DNA of 64,000 nt, taken from assembly GCA_964544275.1 (NCBI GenBank), contig CAZIZX010000004.1, forward strand, positions 20,251 through 84,250. The letters are read 5' to 3'. Below the pieces are notes generated by a model. It did not search any database, was not told the DNA's origin, and was given only the letters and a program-made list of their open reading frames with translations. The DNA is from an uncultured Gammaproteobacteria bacterium. Lineage in GTDB: Bacteria; Patescibacteriota; Microgenomatia; UBA12405. Within the stretch, counting starts at the first letter, position 1, and each line of letters starts with the position of its first letter. A program made the translations under genes and the position numbers. This document shows positions 47,847-57,943 of this stretch, in pieces.

Positions 47847-50800
47847 ATGTCTGACTTTGTCCACCTCCACGTCCACACCGAATATTCTCTCCTGGATGGC
47901 TTAAGCAAAATAAAACAATTAATTCCGACCATAAAAGACATGGGTATGGACGCTGTAGCCATTACCGATCACGGTAGTATGTATGGTGCTGTTGAATTCT
48001 ACAAAGCCTGCAAAAAAGCCGAGATAAAACCAATTATCGGAGCTGAAATGTACCTGGCACCCAATGGCCGTCAAGATCGCTCTGCTAGTAACCGACGCAA
48101 TTACCATCTCATCCTTCTGGCCAAAAACCAGCAAGGATACAAAAACCTAATGAAGATGGTCAGTATCAGTTATCTTGAAGGGTTTTACTATAAACCTCGC
48201 ATAGACTGGGAAATTCTACAAAAATACCATGAAGGTTTAATTTGTACTAGTGCCTGCCTAGAAGGCGAAATTTCCCAGCTAATCCTCAATGAAGAACCGG
48301 AAAAGGCCAGACAAAGAGCCAGAGACTTTCAGGAACTGTTCGGCCAAGATTTCTACTTGGAAATTCAAATTCATCCCGGTCTAAAGGATCAGGATAAATC
48401 AACTGAAGAACTGGTAAAAATAAGCCGTGAACTTGGAATCCCTCTGGTAGCCGCCAACGACGCCCACTATATCAAGAAAGAAGACGCCTTTGCCCAGGAT
48501 GTATTGATGATGATCAACACCCAGACCACTCTAAATCACCAAAACCGGCTTTCCATGTACGACATTCAAGATTTCTATATCAAAAGCCCGGAAGAAATGA
48601 AAGAGCAGTTTGCCAAATATCCGGATGCTTTAGAAAACACGATCAAAATAGCCCAAAAATGCGACCTTGACATCGAAATTGGCAGCTGGTATTTCCCCAA
48701 ATTTCCACTACCAAAAGGCAAAACCGCTCCCGAAGTACTAGCCGATTTAGTCATGGAACAAACAAAACTTCATTACGGTCAGATTACGACTGAAATCAAA
48801 GAGAGGCTTGATTACGAACTTGATGTCATCTGTTCCAAAGGCTATGCTCCTTACTTTTTAATTATGCGAGACTTTGTTCAATGGACCGAAAACAATGATA
48901 CCCCCACTAATACCAGAGGATCAGCCGCCGGTTGTCTGGTGGCCTTCGTTCTGGGTATTACCTCTGTTGACCCTCTTATCTACCAACTCCCTTTTGAGCG
49001 CTTTTTAACCAAAGACCGCCCTTCACCCCCCGACATCGACCTGGATGTAGCCGACGTTAAAAGACAGGAAATGCTCTATCACATCGTCGATCAGTATGGT
49101 GAAAATAGTGTGGCCCAAATCTGTACCTTTGGCCGAATGATGGCTCGGGGTGCTGTTCGGGACACTGCCCGTGTTTTGGGCTATGAATATGCCGCCGGCG
49201 ACAAAATCAGCAAATTGATTCCCATGGGTTCTCAAGGCTTTCCCATGTCAATCGATAAAGCCCTAAACACCACTCCCGATCTCAAAGATCTTTACCAAAA
49301 CGACCCGGATGCTAAAAAAATCCTTGATACCGCCAAACAAATAGAAGGTTGTGCCCGCCACATCAGCGTCCATGCCTGTGCTATTGTTATTTCCCCCGAT
49401 GATATCAACGATTTTACCCCGATACAGCTGGAAACCGGCGGTGACAAGCGAATTACCCAATACGAAATGCATGCCTGCGAAGATATTGGCCTCATCAAGT
49501 TCGATATTTTAGGAATCCGCAACTTATCCTTCCTCCGGGAATCTGTCATTAACGCCCGTAAAACGAAAGGAATCGACATCAACCTCAGAAAGGTGCCTCT
49601 TGATGATAAAAAAACGTTTGACATGCTCTCCAAAGGCGACACTATGGGAGTTTTTCAATTAGCCGGAGAAGGAATGACCAAATGGCTCAAAGAACTAAAA
49701 CCGGAAAGAGTTGAAGACCTTATGGCCATGGTCGCGCTCTATCGCCCCGGCCCAATGGCTATGATTCCCGAATATATTGCCCGCAAAAATGATCCTTCCA
49801 AAATTACCTATTTTGATCCCAAAATGGAAAAGTGGCTTAATAAATCTTACGGAGTCTTGGTTTACCAGGATGACTGTTTGTATACTGCCATCGAACTAGC
49901 CGGCTACAGCTGGATCGAAGTCGACAAGTTCCGCAAAGCTATTGGTAAAAAAATACCGGAAGAGATGGCCGCCCAAAAGGAAAAGTTTATCCAAGGCTGT
50001 ATCAGCAATGGCTACACCCAAGAAAAAGCCACCGAGATTTTTAGCTATATTGAACCCTTCACCTCCTATGGTTTCAACAAAGCTCATGCCGCTTCTTACG
50101 GCATGCTGGCCTACCGAACCGCCTACATGAAAGCCAATTTTCCGGTTGAATATATGTGCGCCCTGCTGACAGCCGAATCTCAGAATACCGAAAAAGTCAC
50201 TTCCGGAGTCGAAGAGTGCCGTCACATGGGCATCATAATTAACCCACCTGACGTTAACTTTTCGGAAAGCGGTTTCACCATGGAACCAAACGACAACTCA
50301 TTGGATAATTTAGCCATCCGTTTCGGTCTAAATGCTATCAAAAATGTCGGCGAAGCCGCCATTGAAGTAATTTTAACCGAAAGACAAGAAGGAGGAGAGT
50401 TTAAAAGCCTATCTGACTTCTGCCTTCGAGTAGACGGCCAAAAAGTTAACAAAAGAGTTCTCGAAAGTCTGATAAAAGTCGGTGCCATGGACAAATTCGG
50501 CAAAAGAAGCGCTATGCTTTCGGCTCTGGACCGAATCCGAATAGATTGTGAAAAACTGAACAGTAAAAAAACTAACGGGCAGTTCGGTCTTTTTGATAAT
50601 ATCGATACCGCCAAAACCACTCAAATTGAATCCCCGCCCGACAATCTTCCCGACATAGAAGAAATGACCCAAAACGAAAAACTGGCCTTCGAAAAACAAC
50701 TTATGGGTGTCTTCGTTACCGAAAATCCTATCAGCAAAATTCTTGAACCATTCCAAAAATATGGCTTTCAGCGACTCAGTGACATCCCCCAAAGAGGCCC

Positions 50801-51266
50801 TGAAGTTAATGTCAAAACCTGTGCCGTAATTTCCAAATTCAGAATCATTCGCACCAAAAAAAACAACGCCAAAATGGCCTTTGTCACCCTTGAAGATGAA
50901 ACCGGAAAAATCGAAGCCGTTATCTTTCCCAAAACATTCGACGGTTGTGAAAGTATTTTAGCCGAAAACAAACCGATCTATATCGAAGGTAAGACCAATA
51001 TCCGCAATGACGAATTTTCAATCCTGATTGATGTCATTTCTGAAAACGTCCCCCAAAACTCCAAGACCAAAGAATTCGACTTTGTCATCCAAATCCCTGA
51101 AGGGACCAGTCAAAACCAATTAATGCAAGTTAATACACTACTCAAGCAAAATCCCAACGGTCACCGCGGCCTTATCATTTTGGCCAACGGCAAAAACATC
51201 CCGCTTTCCTACGGGGTCAATTACACCAAAAAACTGGAGCAGGATATTACTGACATCTTAAAATAA
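47847..51266 (+). CDS. dnaE: DNA polymerase III alpha subunit
   Basis: PHP domain 'HLHVHTEYSLLDG'. Palm and fingers motifs 'GLIKFDILGIRNL'. OB fold near the C-terminus. 1139 aa. Confidence 0.95.
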   Translation: MSDFVHLHVHTEYSLLDGLSKIKQLIPTIKDMGMDAVAITDHGSMYGAVEFYKACKKAEIKPIIGAEMYLAPNGRQDRSASNRRNYHLILLAKNQQGYKNLMKMVSISYLEGFYYKPRIDWEILQKYHEGLICTSACLEGEISQLILNEEPEKARQRARDFQELFGQDFYLEIQIHPGLKDQDKSTEELVKISRELGIPLVAANDAHYIKKEDAFAQDVLMMINTQTTLNHQNRLSMYDIQDFYIKSPEEMKEQFAKYPDALENTIKIAQKCDLDIEIGSWYFPKFPLPKGKTAPEVLADLVMEQTKLHYGQITTEIKERLDYELDVICSKGYAPYFLIMRDFVQWTENNDTPTNTRGSAAGCLVAFVLGITSVDPLIYQLPFERFLTKDRPSPPDIDLDVADVKRQEMLYHIVDQYGENSVAQICTFGRMMARGAVRDTARVLGYEYAAGDKISKLIPMGSQGFPMSIDKALNTTPDLKDLYQNDPDAKKILDTAKQIEGCARHISVHACAIVISPDDINDFTPIQLETGGDKRITQYEMHACEDIGLIKFDILGIRNLSFLRESVINARKTKGIDINLRKVPLDDKKTFDMLSKGDTMGVFQLAGEGMTKWLKELKPERVEDLMAMVALYRPGPMAMIPEYIARKNDPSKITYFDPKMEKWLNKSYGVLVYQDDCLYTAIELAGYSWIEVDKFRKAIGKKIPEEMAAQKEKFIQGCISNGYTQEKATEIFSYIEPFTSYGFNKAHAASYGMLAYRTAYMKANFPVEYMCALLTAESQNTEKVTSGVEECRHMGIIINPPDVNFSESGFTMEPNDNSLDNLAIRFGLNAIKNVGEAAIEVILTERQEGGEFKSLSDFCLRVDGQKVNKRVLESLIKVGAMDKFGKRSAMLSALDRIRIDCEKLNSKKTNGQFGLFDNIDTAKTTQIESPPDNLPDIEEMTQNEKLAFEKQLMGVFVTENPISKILEPFQKYGFQRLSDIPQRGPEVNVKTCAVISKFRIIRTKKNNAKMAFVTLEDETGKIEAVIFPKTFDGCESILAENKPIYIEGKTNIRNDEFSILIDVISENVPQNSKTKEFDFVIQIPEGTSQNQLMQVNTLLKQNPNGHRGLIILANGKNIPLSYGVNYTKKLEQDITDILK

Positions 51267-51346
51267 AATCCCTTCCATTTGGGAAAACCCCGTGCTAGAA
51301 TACCAAAGTTCCTTTTGCTATAATTTCAAAGCAAATTTAAAAATAT

Positions 51347-51661
51347 ATGGCTCTCAAATTTACACACCAGGACACCGACTTCAACGTGGGTGACACTGTC
51401 AAAGTCAACTACAAAATCAAAGAACGTGGTGACCGAGAAAGACTCCAAGCATTCGACGGTATTATCATATCCGTCAAGGGTCGAGATGAAAATCAAAATT
51501 TTATTGTCAGAAAATCAGCTTCCGATGGAGTATTTGTCGAAAAGATTTTCCCGGTAGGTTCTCCCTGGATAGACAATATCAAAAAATTACGCGGCCCCAA
51601 AAGAACCGTCCGTCGAGCCAAGCTTTATTATCTTCGGGATCCTAAAGCTAGAACTTTATAA
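51347..51661 (+). CDS. rplS: 50S ribosomal protein L19
   Basis: 'FNVGDTVKVNYKIKERGDRERLQAFDGIIISVKG' is typical of L19. Confidence 0.9.
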   Translation: MALKFTHQDTDFNVGDTVKVNYKIKERGDRERLQAFDGIIISVKGRDENQNFIVRKSASDGVFVEKIFPVGSPWIDNIKKLRGPKRTVRRAKLYYLRDPKARTL

Positions 51662-51667
51662 ATACAA

Positions 51668-51741
51668 GGGTCCTTAGCTCAGTTGGTTAGAGCATCTGCC
51701 TTTTAAGCAGGTGGTCGAGAGTTCGAATCTCTCAGGACCCA
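51668..51741 (+). tRNA. tRNA-Lys(TTT)
   Basis: Cloverleaf: acceptor GGGTCCT/AGGACCC, anticodon loop CTTTTAA, T-loop TTCGAAT. The listed ORF start at 51711 falls inside this tRNA. Confidence 0.85.
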
Positions 51742-51746
51742 CTTTC

Positions 51747-52385
51747 ATGCATTTATACGGATTAATTGTCGGTATCAGTATCGCTGTCGGTACTTACTAC
51801 TTCTCCAGACACAATCAGACCATCCCCAAAAATAAAGAAAACTTGTTCATATTCCTTGTCATAATTTCCGCCATCATCGGCGCCCGTCTTTATCACGTAA
51901 TTGATTTTTGGTCCTTCTATTCCCAAAATTTACCTCAAATACCCAATACTAGGGGTGGGGGACTCGCTATATATGGTGGATTACTCGGTGGTCTGTTTAC
52001 TATTCTTCTTTTTTCTCGCTTCAACAGAATACCTCTCCTAAAAATTACCAACCTGATATCTCCTATCCTACCTTTATGCCAAAGCATTGGTCGTTTTGGC
52101 AATTATTTTAACCACGAAGGTTACAGTTCCAATGGCCAACCGGTTTGGTTCTATGAATCTGTTCTAACCTTCCTTTTATTCTTAATATTAATCAAATCCA
52201 AAACTAATCAGACAGCCACCTATCTAATCGGTTACGGCACCATCCGCTTCTTTCTTGAGTTCCTCCGAACTGACACCTGGACCATCGGTCACCTCAAAAT
52301 CGCCCAGATAATCAGTCTGGCGTTCATAGCCACCGGATTAATAATTATCAAAAACCGTTACACTACAATTAACAAACAGATGTGA
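51747..52385 (+). CDS. lgt: Prolipoprotein diacylglyceryl transferase
   Basis: 'GGLAIYGGLLGG' and the Lgt signature 'GRFGNYFNHE'. The start was moved to the ATG at 51747, just after the tRNA. Confidence 0.7.
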   Translation: MHLYGLIVGISIAVGTYYFSRHNQTIPKNKENLFIFLVIISAIIGARLYHVIDFWSFYSQNLPQIPNTRGGGLAIYGGLLGGLFTILLFSRFNRIPLLKITNLISPILPLCQSIGRFGNYFNHEGYSSNGQPVWFYESVLTFLLFLILIKSKTNQTATYLIGYGTIRFFLEFLRTDTWTIGHLKIAQIISLAFIATGLIIIKNRYTTINKQM

Positions 52386-52682
52386 ACTCACTGTACAGCC
52401 GGAACATTTACTAGAAAGCATCTCGACTTACAAAAAATAAGAGAACTGGTTTTTTTAATACAGCGGCAAAATTATAGTCATCGATACTAAAAAGGTGACC
52501 TATAAACAGCTCTATACTTCAAATACTTAACAGCTTCACTTAAATCTACTGGTATTAATCCCAGTTGTTAGTACTAACCTAACAATCAGTATATATGAAA
52601 GATTGACTATGCTAACGGCATCTGTGAAAAAGAAGTGATTACTCAAAAGTCCTTTTGTTACTAGCGGGTGAGTGAAGGCACC

Positions 52683-53051
52683 CTATCCTCTTAGAATATT
52701 ATGGGCGATTTTTGCCAACAAAGCATCCATATCGAATGGTTTTTCTATAAAATCATCTGATCCTGCTTCCCGAGCAATCTTTTCAGTTTCCCGGTTTGCT
52801 GAAATCATTATAATAGGAATGTGTTTTGTAAGTCGCTGATTTCTTAGATTTCTGCAAATATCTCGTCCGTCTACATCTGCCATCCAAATATCTAAAAGTA
52901 GCAAATCAGGTAAATAGTCACCGACCTTCCGCATGGTATACCCATTAGCTGTTGACTCAACCTCATACCCAGCATCTTCTAACATCATAGTAAGCACAAC
53001 TACAATATCTTTATCGTCATCGGCAACCAGTATTTTTTTCTTCATATTCAT
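52683..53051 (-). CDS. Single-domain response regulator (CheY-like receiver)
   Basis: 'KILVADDDKDIV', the phospho-acceptor 'LLLLDIWMADVDG', and the T/K positions. Confidence 0.8.
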   Translation of the reverse strand: MNMKKKILVADDDKDIVVVLTMMLEDAGYEVESTANGYTMRKVGDYLPDLLLLDIWMADVDGRDICRNLRNQRLTKHIPIIMISANRETEKIAREAGSDDFIEKPFDMDALLAKIAHNILRG

Positions 53052-53066
53052 TCTTTCCCTTACAGA

Positions 53067-56000
53067 TTAGCTCTTTCCTAAAGGTAATGTAAAATAAAAT
53101 TTTGAACCTTTACCCCTCTCACTTTCAACCCAAATTTTTCCCTGATGCCCTTTTATAATTTCCGCTGCTATATACAGTCCTAATCCAAATCCAGCCACAT
53201 TCGTTTCTCCTTTATCTCTGATTCTATAAAATCGCTCAAATACCTTTGCCTGATCGCGTTTTTCAATACCAGATCCAAAATCTTTGACACTTACAATAGC
53301 GTTTTTTTTATCAGTTTCCATCCGAACAATCACCTTATCTGAATTAGCTGAGTATTTGATAGCATTGGCAATAAGATTTGAGAGTACTTGTTCAATACGA
53401 CTTTGATCACCAAAAACCTGCTCCTTAATTTCTCCTTCTTTAACAATTTGATGCGTTTCGGTTGTATGTTGAAAATCTGCTATCATTTTTGAAACAATTA
53501 CGTTTAAGTCAAAATTCTTTTTCGTCATTATCATTTTACCCGCCTGTATCTTACTTGTATCGAGCAAGTCGCTGATAAGGTTTGCCACCCTATCTGTTTG
53601 ATCATTAATGTTTTGTATAAGATAGGTATCTTTACTGTCATTTCGTTGCGAAATACGTTTCTTAAGAATTTGAGCATACGCTTTCAAAGTAGTAATAGGA
53701 GTCTTGAGTTCATGAGAAGCAATACCGATAAATGAATCTTTTTGCTGTTCGATATCTTTGCGATCCGTAATATCCTCAATTGCAAGGAGAATATTATCTC
53801 CATCTTTATAAAACTTACGGGCATTGAGAAGCATTACTTTGTGTCCAATTACAGGAAAACTATGTTGTATTTCATAATTATCAAAGACGTTATCCTGAGG
53901 TAAAATTTCATTTAAGAGTTTTCGCAAAGATGGTATATTCCATTGGCCATTTCCTAAATCGTAGACAAAATTCCCAATTGATTCTTCAGAAGATACCTGA
54001 AACATTTGCTGGAAAGATCTATTTGTAGTTTTTACCCGTAAGTCTCGATCTAAAACGATCAGAGGGATTTGTACCGTCCGAATAATAGCTTCTGCATAAT
54101 TATGTGCTTCGAGGAGCTGTTCATTACGATTTTGTAATTCCTCATTCACTGTAATTAGCTCTTCGTTAGTCGACTCAAGCTCTTCCTTGCTTGTTTCAAG
54201 TTCTTCGTTGATACTCTGCAGTTCTTCATTACTTGAGAGAATTTCCTCAGATGCCGTCTGCAGTTCCTCATTCGTCGCCTCCATCTCTTCGGTAACCGCA
54301 CGCATATCCTCACGGGTTTGAACAAGCTCTTGTTCCAACTCCGTAATCCGATTATACTTAGCTTCCCGCTTGTGACGATCAACTGTCTGTTTTATGGGTA
54401 CTATCCCTGCTTGAGATACGTATTTGGTAGTATCTTCAAACAAAACCAAGTAATACAGTTCCGTTGATGACCCCTTGAGAGGAAGCACCTCAACATTAAC
54501 TAGTTTTACATTAGTACTCTGACTTAGCGGGATACCTTCTTTCCTAAAAGGCTTTCCGCTTTTTTTTACTTTGGAAATTGCACTGCGTAGCTCAAATCCC
54601 AAGCCTTCTCTTGCCATTTTTATAAGATTAAAGCTTGGTTTTCCTTGAGATGGTTCAAGAAACATGCCTGTGGAACCACGAAATTGGATAATCTCCAAAT
54701 CATTGTTGATTACAACACTAGCAGGAGTATAATGGCTAAGAAGAATTGTATCTGCCTGTTTTTGTATTTCAGCCGAATCTACAACAGGTTCGTTTATCAT
54801 TACCGCACTCCTATCAACTTGATTATCTAGCTTTGGAATAATTGTACGAAAGCCACCATTACCTCGAAAAGTAATGTCTTTTCTTGTATAAATTTTGTAT
54901 TTTTTATCAATCTGAGAAAAAAGCTCGGGTGAGGCGGAAGTAGCCTCTGACTTTCCCAGCATGAGAAACCCTCCTGGCTTAAGTGCATACTGAAAAGCAC
55001 GGAGAGTCCTATCTTGCAAGCTTAAATCAAAATAAATAAGGAGATTGCAGCAACTAATTAAATCGAGTTTGGAAAATGGTGGATCTGTAAAGACATTGTG
55101 CAATGCGAAGATGCACATCTCACGAATGGACTTGTTAATTTGATAGAATCCACCTGATTTCTCGAAATACAGGGTTAAGTTTTTTGGCTCTATACCAACC
55201 ACATCACGTTGTGAGTACTTACCTACACGCGCTTTTTCGATAGCAGTTTTACTGACATCTGTCCCGAATATTTGCACCGGGATATTTAGTGACTTACCAG
55301 CCAAAAATCCAGACAAAGACATGGCGATTGAGTAGACTTCTTCGCCGGTTGCACATCCTGGAACCCACACGCGTACTGGCTCTTTTGGTGACCTATTTTT
55401 TATTAAACGTGGAAAGATAGTGTCATATAAAAATTGAAAAGTATGGTGTTCTCTGAAAAAGCTCGTAACATTAATAAGAAGGTCATCGTTAAGAATCGCT
55501 ATCTCACCATTATTATCTTTCAGATATTCGATGTAGCTCTTGAGTGTTTTAATTTTATGAAAGAGCATTCGTCGTCTAATACGACGTTGCATTGTAGCTC
55601 TTTTATAATGGCTAAAGTCAATCCCAAAGCTTTTCCGTAGCATAAAGAAAATCATTTTTAGCCCGTCTTCATGTTCAGGTAGTCCCTGTTGATCTTGTAG
55701 AATCTGAGACTGTTGAACATAAGGGTGATTGTTCATTTTTATCAGTTCATTGGCAATCTCATCAGGTGCGAGAATAAAATCCACATCTCCTGAGGCAATC
55801 GCAGCTTGCGGCATTCCCTGATATTTTGCACTCGAATCCTGAGCAAAGGTAGCGCCTCCTTCACTTTTGATGGCTGTAAGCCCCAGCGTACCATCCGATG
55901 CAGTTCCGGAAAGAATTATGCCAATCGCCCGTTCTTTTTGACTCTTTGCCAAAGAAGTAAAAAATTGATCAATCGGCATGTGTGGTTTGTTACCCTTTTC

Positions 56001-56354
56001 CCGAGTCGTGAGCTTGAGAATTCCACGTCTGATTGTCATATCTTTGTTATGAGGAATAACATAGACATGATTTGGGCGGACAGGGGTTTCGTCTTTCGCT
56101 TCTATAACCCGCATTGTCGTAGCTTTTGATAAGAGCTTGGCCAAAATACTCTCATGGTTAGGATCAAGATGTTGAACCAAGACAAAACCCATGCCTAAAT
56201 TTTCAGGTAGAGCTTTTAAAAATTGAGTGAACGCCTCGAGCCCTCCTGCAGACGCACCAATACCTACAATAGGGAAAAAACTACTTGTAAAAGAGTTCTG
56301 CTCGTTTTCCTTTCTATAATTCGGTTTGACCATTTTTGGCAGGTCATCTCTCAT
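53067..56354 (-). CDS. CheB-methylesterase / CheR-methyltransferase / coiled-coil / PAS / histidine-kinase fusion protein (1095 aa)
   Basis: CheB catalytic 'IVGIGASAGGLEAF...VLVQH'. CheR 'FFREHHTF...VWVPGCATGEEVYSIAM'. Heptad E/Q-rich coiled coil. PAS. HisKA 'ASHELKTPIT'. HATPase_c 'GFGLGLYIAAEII'. Confidence 0.8.
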   Translation of the reverse strand: MRDDLPKMVKPNYRKENEQNSFTSSFFPIVGIGASAGGLEAFTQFLKALPENLGMGFVLVQHLDPNHESILAKLLSKATTMRVIEAKDETPVRPNHVYVIPHNKDMTIRRGILKLTTREKGNKPHMPIDQFFTSLAKSQKERAIGIILSGTASDGTLGLTAIKSEGGATFAQDSSAKYQGMPQAAIASGDVDFILAPDEIANELIKMNNHPYVQQSQILQDQQGLPEHEDGLKMIFFMLRKSFGIDFSHYKRATMQRRIRRRMLFHKIKTLKSYIEYLKDNNGEIAILNDDLLINVTSFFREHHTFQFLYDTIFPRLIKNRSPKEPVRVWVPGCATGEEVYSIAMSLSGFLAGKSLNIPVQIFGTDVSKTAIEKARVGKYSQRDVVGIEPKNLTLYFEKSGGFYQINKSIREMCIFALHNVFTDPPFSKLDLISCCNLLIYFDLSLQDRTLRAFQYALKPGGFLMLGKSEATSASPELFSQIDKKYKIYTRKDITFRGNGGFRTIIPKLDNQVDRSAVMINEPVVDSAEIQKQADTILLSHYTPASVVINNDLEIIQFRGSTGMFLEPSQGKPSFNLIKMAREGLGFELRSAISKVKKSGKPFRKEGIPLSQSTNVKLVNVEVLPLKGSSTELYYLVLFEDTTKYVSQAGIVPIKQTVDRHKREAKYNRITELEQELVQTREDMRAVTEEMEATNEELQTASEEILSSNEELQSINEELETSKEELESTNEELITVNEELQNRNEQLLEAHNYAEAIIRTVQIPLIVLDRDLRVKTTNRSFQQMFQVSSEESIGNFVYDLGNGQWNIPSLRKLLNEILPQDNVFDNYEIQHSFPVIGHKVMLLNARKFYKDGDNILLAIEDITDRKDIEQQKDSFIGIASHELKTPITTLKAYAQILKKRISQRNDSKDTYLIQNINDQTDRVANLISDLLDTSKIQAGKMIMTKKNFDLNVIVSKMIADFQHTTETHQIVKEGEIKEQVFGDQSRIEQVLSNLIANAIKYSANSDKVIVRMETDKKNAIVSVKDFGSGIEKRDQAKVFERFYRIRDKGETNVAGFGLGLYIAAEIIKGHQGKIWVESERGKGSKFYFTLPLGKS

Positions 56355-56360
56355 AAATTA

Positions 56361-56504
56361 TCAATTTCCTCGTATGCCAACATTTAAACCTGGTAATCCT
56401 CTAGAACACACCCATCTACGAACAGCACCTACGTTTACACCTAAGAATTCAGCAACTTCATTTACGTTAAGAAGGTTGGGATTAGACGTCTCATCTTCAT
56501 TCAT
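56361..56504 (-). CDS. Excisionase/MerR-type HTH mini-protein (47 aa, not in the ORF track)
   Basis: Reverse-strand translation gives MNEDETSNPNLLNVNEVAEFLGVNVGAVRRWVCSRGLPGLNVGIRGN. 'L.V.EVAEFLGV...VRRWV..G.LP' matches Xis/AlpA-like HTH_17. It is in the same frame as the kinase gene but separated by TGA TAA. Confidence 0.45.
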   Translation of the reverse strand: MNEDETSNPNLLNVNEVAEFLGVNVGAVRRWVCSRGLPGLNVGIRGN

Positions 56505-56699
56505 ATCAAAATAACCTATTACTTTATAGTACTACATAGTTACTAATAAATATATACGTTTAGGTCTAGTTCCATTTTTAACTTAGAAGCTAAGTCGAAA
56601 CGCTCCAGGCAAGTCCCTCTGTTCCATTCCAAACAGTCCACTCACAAAACTAAAAATCCAGCGGGCACTGGATAAATTTCAAAAAAGGGGTAGAAAATT

Positions 56700-57059
56700 T
56701 TATAACTTTCTAACTACTTCACCGATTTGAGCTAAATTTATCTTACCAACATCTACATCTACTCCCCTCACAGAGAAACGAGCCATGCCAACAGTTTTAA
56801 CCTCTGGAGCTTGTACCCGAATTGCCGCTAATACAGCTTGTCCATCTGCACCATCACCATCGTAGGGATTAAGATTCCCATCAATTATAGCCACTTGGAC
56901 ACCTAATTCCTTTAGTTGTGTAACAGCTTCTAAAGCTTGCTGTCTGGTTTCTGCTGTTAACACAATACTATGCCCTGCAGCAACTAATAGGTATTTTAAT
57001 AATATTTGCGATCTTATATCATCTTCGACAACAAAAACTCTAGCTTTTTCAGGACTCAT
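56700..57059 (-). CDS. Receiver-domain-like protein (atypical REC)
   Basis: 'VFVVEDD', the acceptor-position 'AIIDGNL' and alpha/beta periodicity. Divergent from canonical CheY. Confidence 0.5.
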   Translation of the reverse strand: MSPEKARVFVVEDDIRSQILLKYLLVAAGHSIVLTAETRQQALEAVTQLKELGVQVAIIDGNLNPYDGDGADGQAVLAAIRVQAPEVKTVGMARFSVRGVDVDVGKINLAQIGEVVRKL

Positions 57060-57164
57060 ATTTCATTTCACCTTCCTATTCCATTATTACATTACCCTTA
57101 AATATTTAAAAGACAACCCAAAATAGCCGAAGTAGGCTAAGTGGTCACAACTTTGTTCGCTTGT

Positions 57165-57241
57165 TGGTGACCCCAGGGGGATTCGAACCCCCGATTGCCT
57201 GGATGAAAGCCAGGAGTCCTAGGCCACTAGACGATGGGGCC
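57165..57241 (-). tRNA. tRNA-Glu(TTC), CCA encoded
   Basis: The reverse complement folds as a cloverleaf: acceptor GGCCCCA/TGGGGTC, anticodon loop CTTTCAT, T-loop TTCGAAT, discriminator A plus CCA. Confidence 0.85.
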
Positions 57242-57322
57242 GATTCTATCGGAAACGTTCTAATTTTATCAGCAACCACCCTCAAATTCCAGCCTCTATT
57301 GTTTCAGGTTATAATCTAAAAG

Positions 57323-57943
57323 ATGATTTACATTTATCACGGCGACAACACCAAAGACAGTCGCGAAGCTTTTAACCAACACCTCGACCAGAACAAGGAC
57401 ACAAATATCCTCCGTTTGGACAACAAAGAAGCCGATCCCGATCTTATCAACAACTTCCTCAACGGCACTTCTCTGTTTAGTTCCAAAAAAGTGCTTGCTT
57501 TAACCAATTTCTTCTCTATTACCAAAGCCACTCTGGATAAAATTGTCAAAATTATTAATTCTCAAAACGACACCGACATTTTAATCTGGCAGGACAAAAC
57601 CTTAAATGCTACCCAACTGAAAACATACCCCAAAGCTAACAGTAAGCTTTTTCGTCTGGATAATAAGCTCTTTGCCTGCCTCAATTCTATAAAACCTCAT
57701 AATTTGAGCCAATTTATTCCTCTCTACGAAGAAGTAATCCAGCAAAACCTTTATGATCTCTTTCTTTATCTTCTAAAAAATAATATACGCAAACAATTAA
57801 CCACCTATTCCCGTTTTGACACGGCCTCTCTCAAGAAATCCTATCTTCAAATGATCGAGCTTGACTACCAAAATAAGTCCGGAGAACTAACCATCGCCAA
57901 AGAACTGGCCCTGCAAAGAATCATCATTAATCTGGTCAAATGA
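57323..57943 (+). CDS. Possible DNA polymerase III delta subunit (HolA-like), short
   Basis: The N-terminal 'IYIYHGDNTKDSREAF...FSSKKVLALTNFF' resembles the HolA N-domain pattern (LYLLYGEE...F.S.K.VVL.N). Only 206 aa. Confidence 0.35.
   Translation: MIYIYHGDNTKDSREAFNQHLDQNKDTNILRLDNKEADPDLINNFLNGTSLFSSKKVLALTNFFSITKATLDKIVKIINSQNDTDILIWQDKTLNATQLKTYPKANSKLFRLDNKLFACLNSIKPHNLSQFIPLYEEVIQQNLYDLFLYLLKNNIRKQLTTYSRFDTASLKKSYLQMIELDYQNKSGELTIAKELALQRIIINLVK

Noticed and set aside
52386-52682. ~300-bp non-coding spacer at the left edge of the signalling island, scanned for tRNA, ncRNA or attachment repeats
   Set aside because: No cloverleaf, no strong hairpins and no convincing repeat of the tRNA-Glu 3' end were found; only a 7-nt 'GGTGACC' match. 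It is left as unassigned intergenic DNA.
56352-56363. Possibility that TGA is recoded (code 25-like) and the HTH is the N-terminus of the kinase
   Set aside because: TGA is followed immediately by TAA. TGA also terminates several well-defined genes in this window (e.g. the PLP enzyme and the ATP-grasp).
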